Source: Cyanobacteria bacterium auto_48_18 (lineage in GTDB: Bacteria; Cyanobacteriota; Vampirovibrionia; Obscuribacterales; Obscuribacteraceae). Taken from it: 64,000 bases of DNA. The first letter of the stretch is position 1. Each line of letters begins with the position of its first letter. The notes under the pieces were generated by a model, which did not search any database, had not been told where the DNA came from, and worked only from the letters and a program-made list of their open reading frames with translations. The position numbers and the translations under genes are program-made. This document shows positions 62,954-64,000 of this stretch, piece by piece. The DNA lies in assembly GCA_036170915.1 (NCBI GenBank), contig JAVHQC010000011.1, positions 64,001 through 128,000 of the forward strand. Direction: 5' to 3'.

Positions 62954-63580
62954 ATGACCGTAACCCAAATCGCTATTGCTCAACATGTGGCCACATTGCA
63001 GGGCTGTGATCTATGCCCTTTGATGGTAGGGCCGGTGGTTACAGGCAGACCCGTGGTCAGCCAGGTCTATATGATCGGGCAGGCGCCAGGCCCTCATGAA
63101 GGGGCAGCGGCCAAGCCTTTTGCCTGGACCGCCGGAAAAACCCTCTTTCGCTGGTTTAGCACCATTGGTTTAAACGAAGAGCAGTTTCGCTCACTTGTAT
63201 ATATGGCGGCAGTCTGCCGCTGTTTTCCCGGCAAAGCTTTAAACGGCACTGATCGTGTGCCTAATGGGCAGGAAGTGGCTAATTGTTCGCGCTGGATGGC
63301 TGACGAAATGTCGATTTTGAAACCATCGTTGGTTATACCCGTAGGAAAGCTCGCTATTGAACAGTGTCTTGGTAAAGGTCAGCTTATCGACTATATTGGC
63401 CGCCAGTTTGAAAAAGAACTTTTCGGTGTCCATTGTGATGTGATACCACTACCTCATCCGTCTGGTGCCTCTACCTGGTTTAAGAAGGAACCAGGTATCA
63501 CTTTGCTCGCTCAAGGCCTCAGTCAAATTGCTGCCCATGTGGCCTGGCAAGAGCTTCTACGTGGAGCAGATAACTTGTGA
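62954..63580 (+). CDS. Uracil-DNA glycosylase superfamily protein
   Basis: CDLC, IGQAPG, CRCFPG, DR.P, LPHPSG. Confidence 0.88.
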   Translation: MTVTQIAIAQHVATLQGCDLCPLMVGPVVTGRPVVSQVYMIGQAPGPHEGAAAKPFAWTAGKTLFRWFSTIGLNEEQFRSLVYMAAVCRCFPGKALNGTDRVPNGQEVANCSRWMADEMSILKPSLVIPVGKLAIEQCLGKGQLIDYIGRQFEKELFGVHCDVIPLPHPSGASTWFKKEPGITLLAQGLSQIAAHVAWQELLRGADNL

Positions 63581-64000
63581 AATTTTTTGCCACCACACTT
63601 GTCGTTCTTTCATTGATTTTTTCGCCTGCATTTGCCGCAGAGAAAATGGTCAAGCGCACCATTGTTTTTCCGCAAGCTTTTTCTCTGGGACGACTTTATC
63701 AGTTTAAAGATCCGCAACCGGGTCATGTTACTCCCGCCCGGGTCGTAGTAGAAGGACGTGGTCAGGTAATTGGACCAGCTCGAGGCAAGGTGACATTTTT
63801 AGCTACACCTGGCAGTCTAATTTACTTATCAGCCTCTTATGAGCTCATGACCAAGCCTGAGGTGCTGCGCCAGTTAGAGCCAAATGGAATCGATGGTTTG
63901 ACCTTCGGCAGCTCAGGCATTGTGGAAGAACTCGATAAAGTATATGCACCGATTTCGCATCTTACCGGCTTGCAAGTTATTGATTTGAATGCTTCCGAAG
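63577..64000 (+). CDS. Secreted cap+LRR protein (kinase-less), 3'-truncated by window edge; missing from ORF track
   Basis: GTG 63577 overlapping the UDG stop; MKFFATTLVVLSLIFSPAFAAEK...IVFPQAFSLGRL...ARGKV...PEVLRQLEPNGIDGL...LTGLQVIDL, open to the window end. Confidence 0.8.
   Translation, partial: MKFFATTLVVLSLIFSPAFAAEKMVKRTIVFPQAFSLGRLYQFKDPQPGHVTPARVVVEGRGQVIGPARGKVTFLATPGSLIYLSASYELMTKPEVLRQLEPNGIDGLTFGSSGIVEELDKVYAPISHLTGLQVIDLNASE

Overview
Gene-dense bacterial chromosomal segment. The gene content suggests a non-photosynthetic Cyanobacteriota relative (Vampirovibrionia/Melainabacteria, Obscuribacterales-like); this is an inference from the At5g03900-like protein, the many Ser/Thr kinase-TM-LRR proteins, the DUF4388-degenerate GGDEF protein and the TPR proteins. 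Recognisable genes are katG, an RtcB-PrfH operon with an extra uncharacterised gene, a MATE transporter, hrpB, an alpha-2-macroglobulin, nadB-nadA divergent from nrtR (two operator-like palindromes), an L,D-transpeptidase, an M23 peptidase, YcaC, NADAR, a 3-tRNA cluster (Arg-ACG, Lys-TTT, Glu-TTC, no encoded CCA), GH3 beta-glucosidase, galM, a 5'-3' exonuclease, an M13 peptidase, a ferredoxin, an SSS symporter, PolX-PHP and a UDG. Four observations stand out. (1) Two ORFs split by an in-frame TGA join into one secreted TPR-thioredoxin with a U-x-x-C active site, a candidate selenoprotein or UGA-recoded protein. (2) Unannotated leader peptides embedded in RNA hairpins precede both the rtcB-prfH ribosome-repair operon and the atypical tRNA cluster, suggesting translation-stress attenuation. 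(3) Three receptor-like kinases and a secreted kinase-less protein share a cap+LRR ectodomain. (4) A recurring ECF-sigma-type promoter (GGAACTT-N15/16-GWC) precedes several envelope or secreted genes. No CRISPR array, rRNA or mobile element was seen. All calls come from reading motifs by eye; no searches were run.
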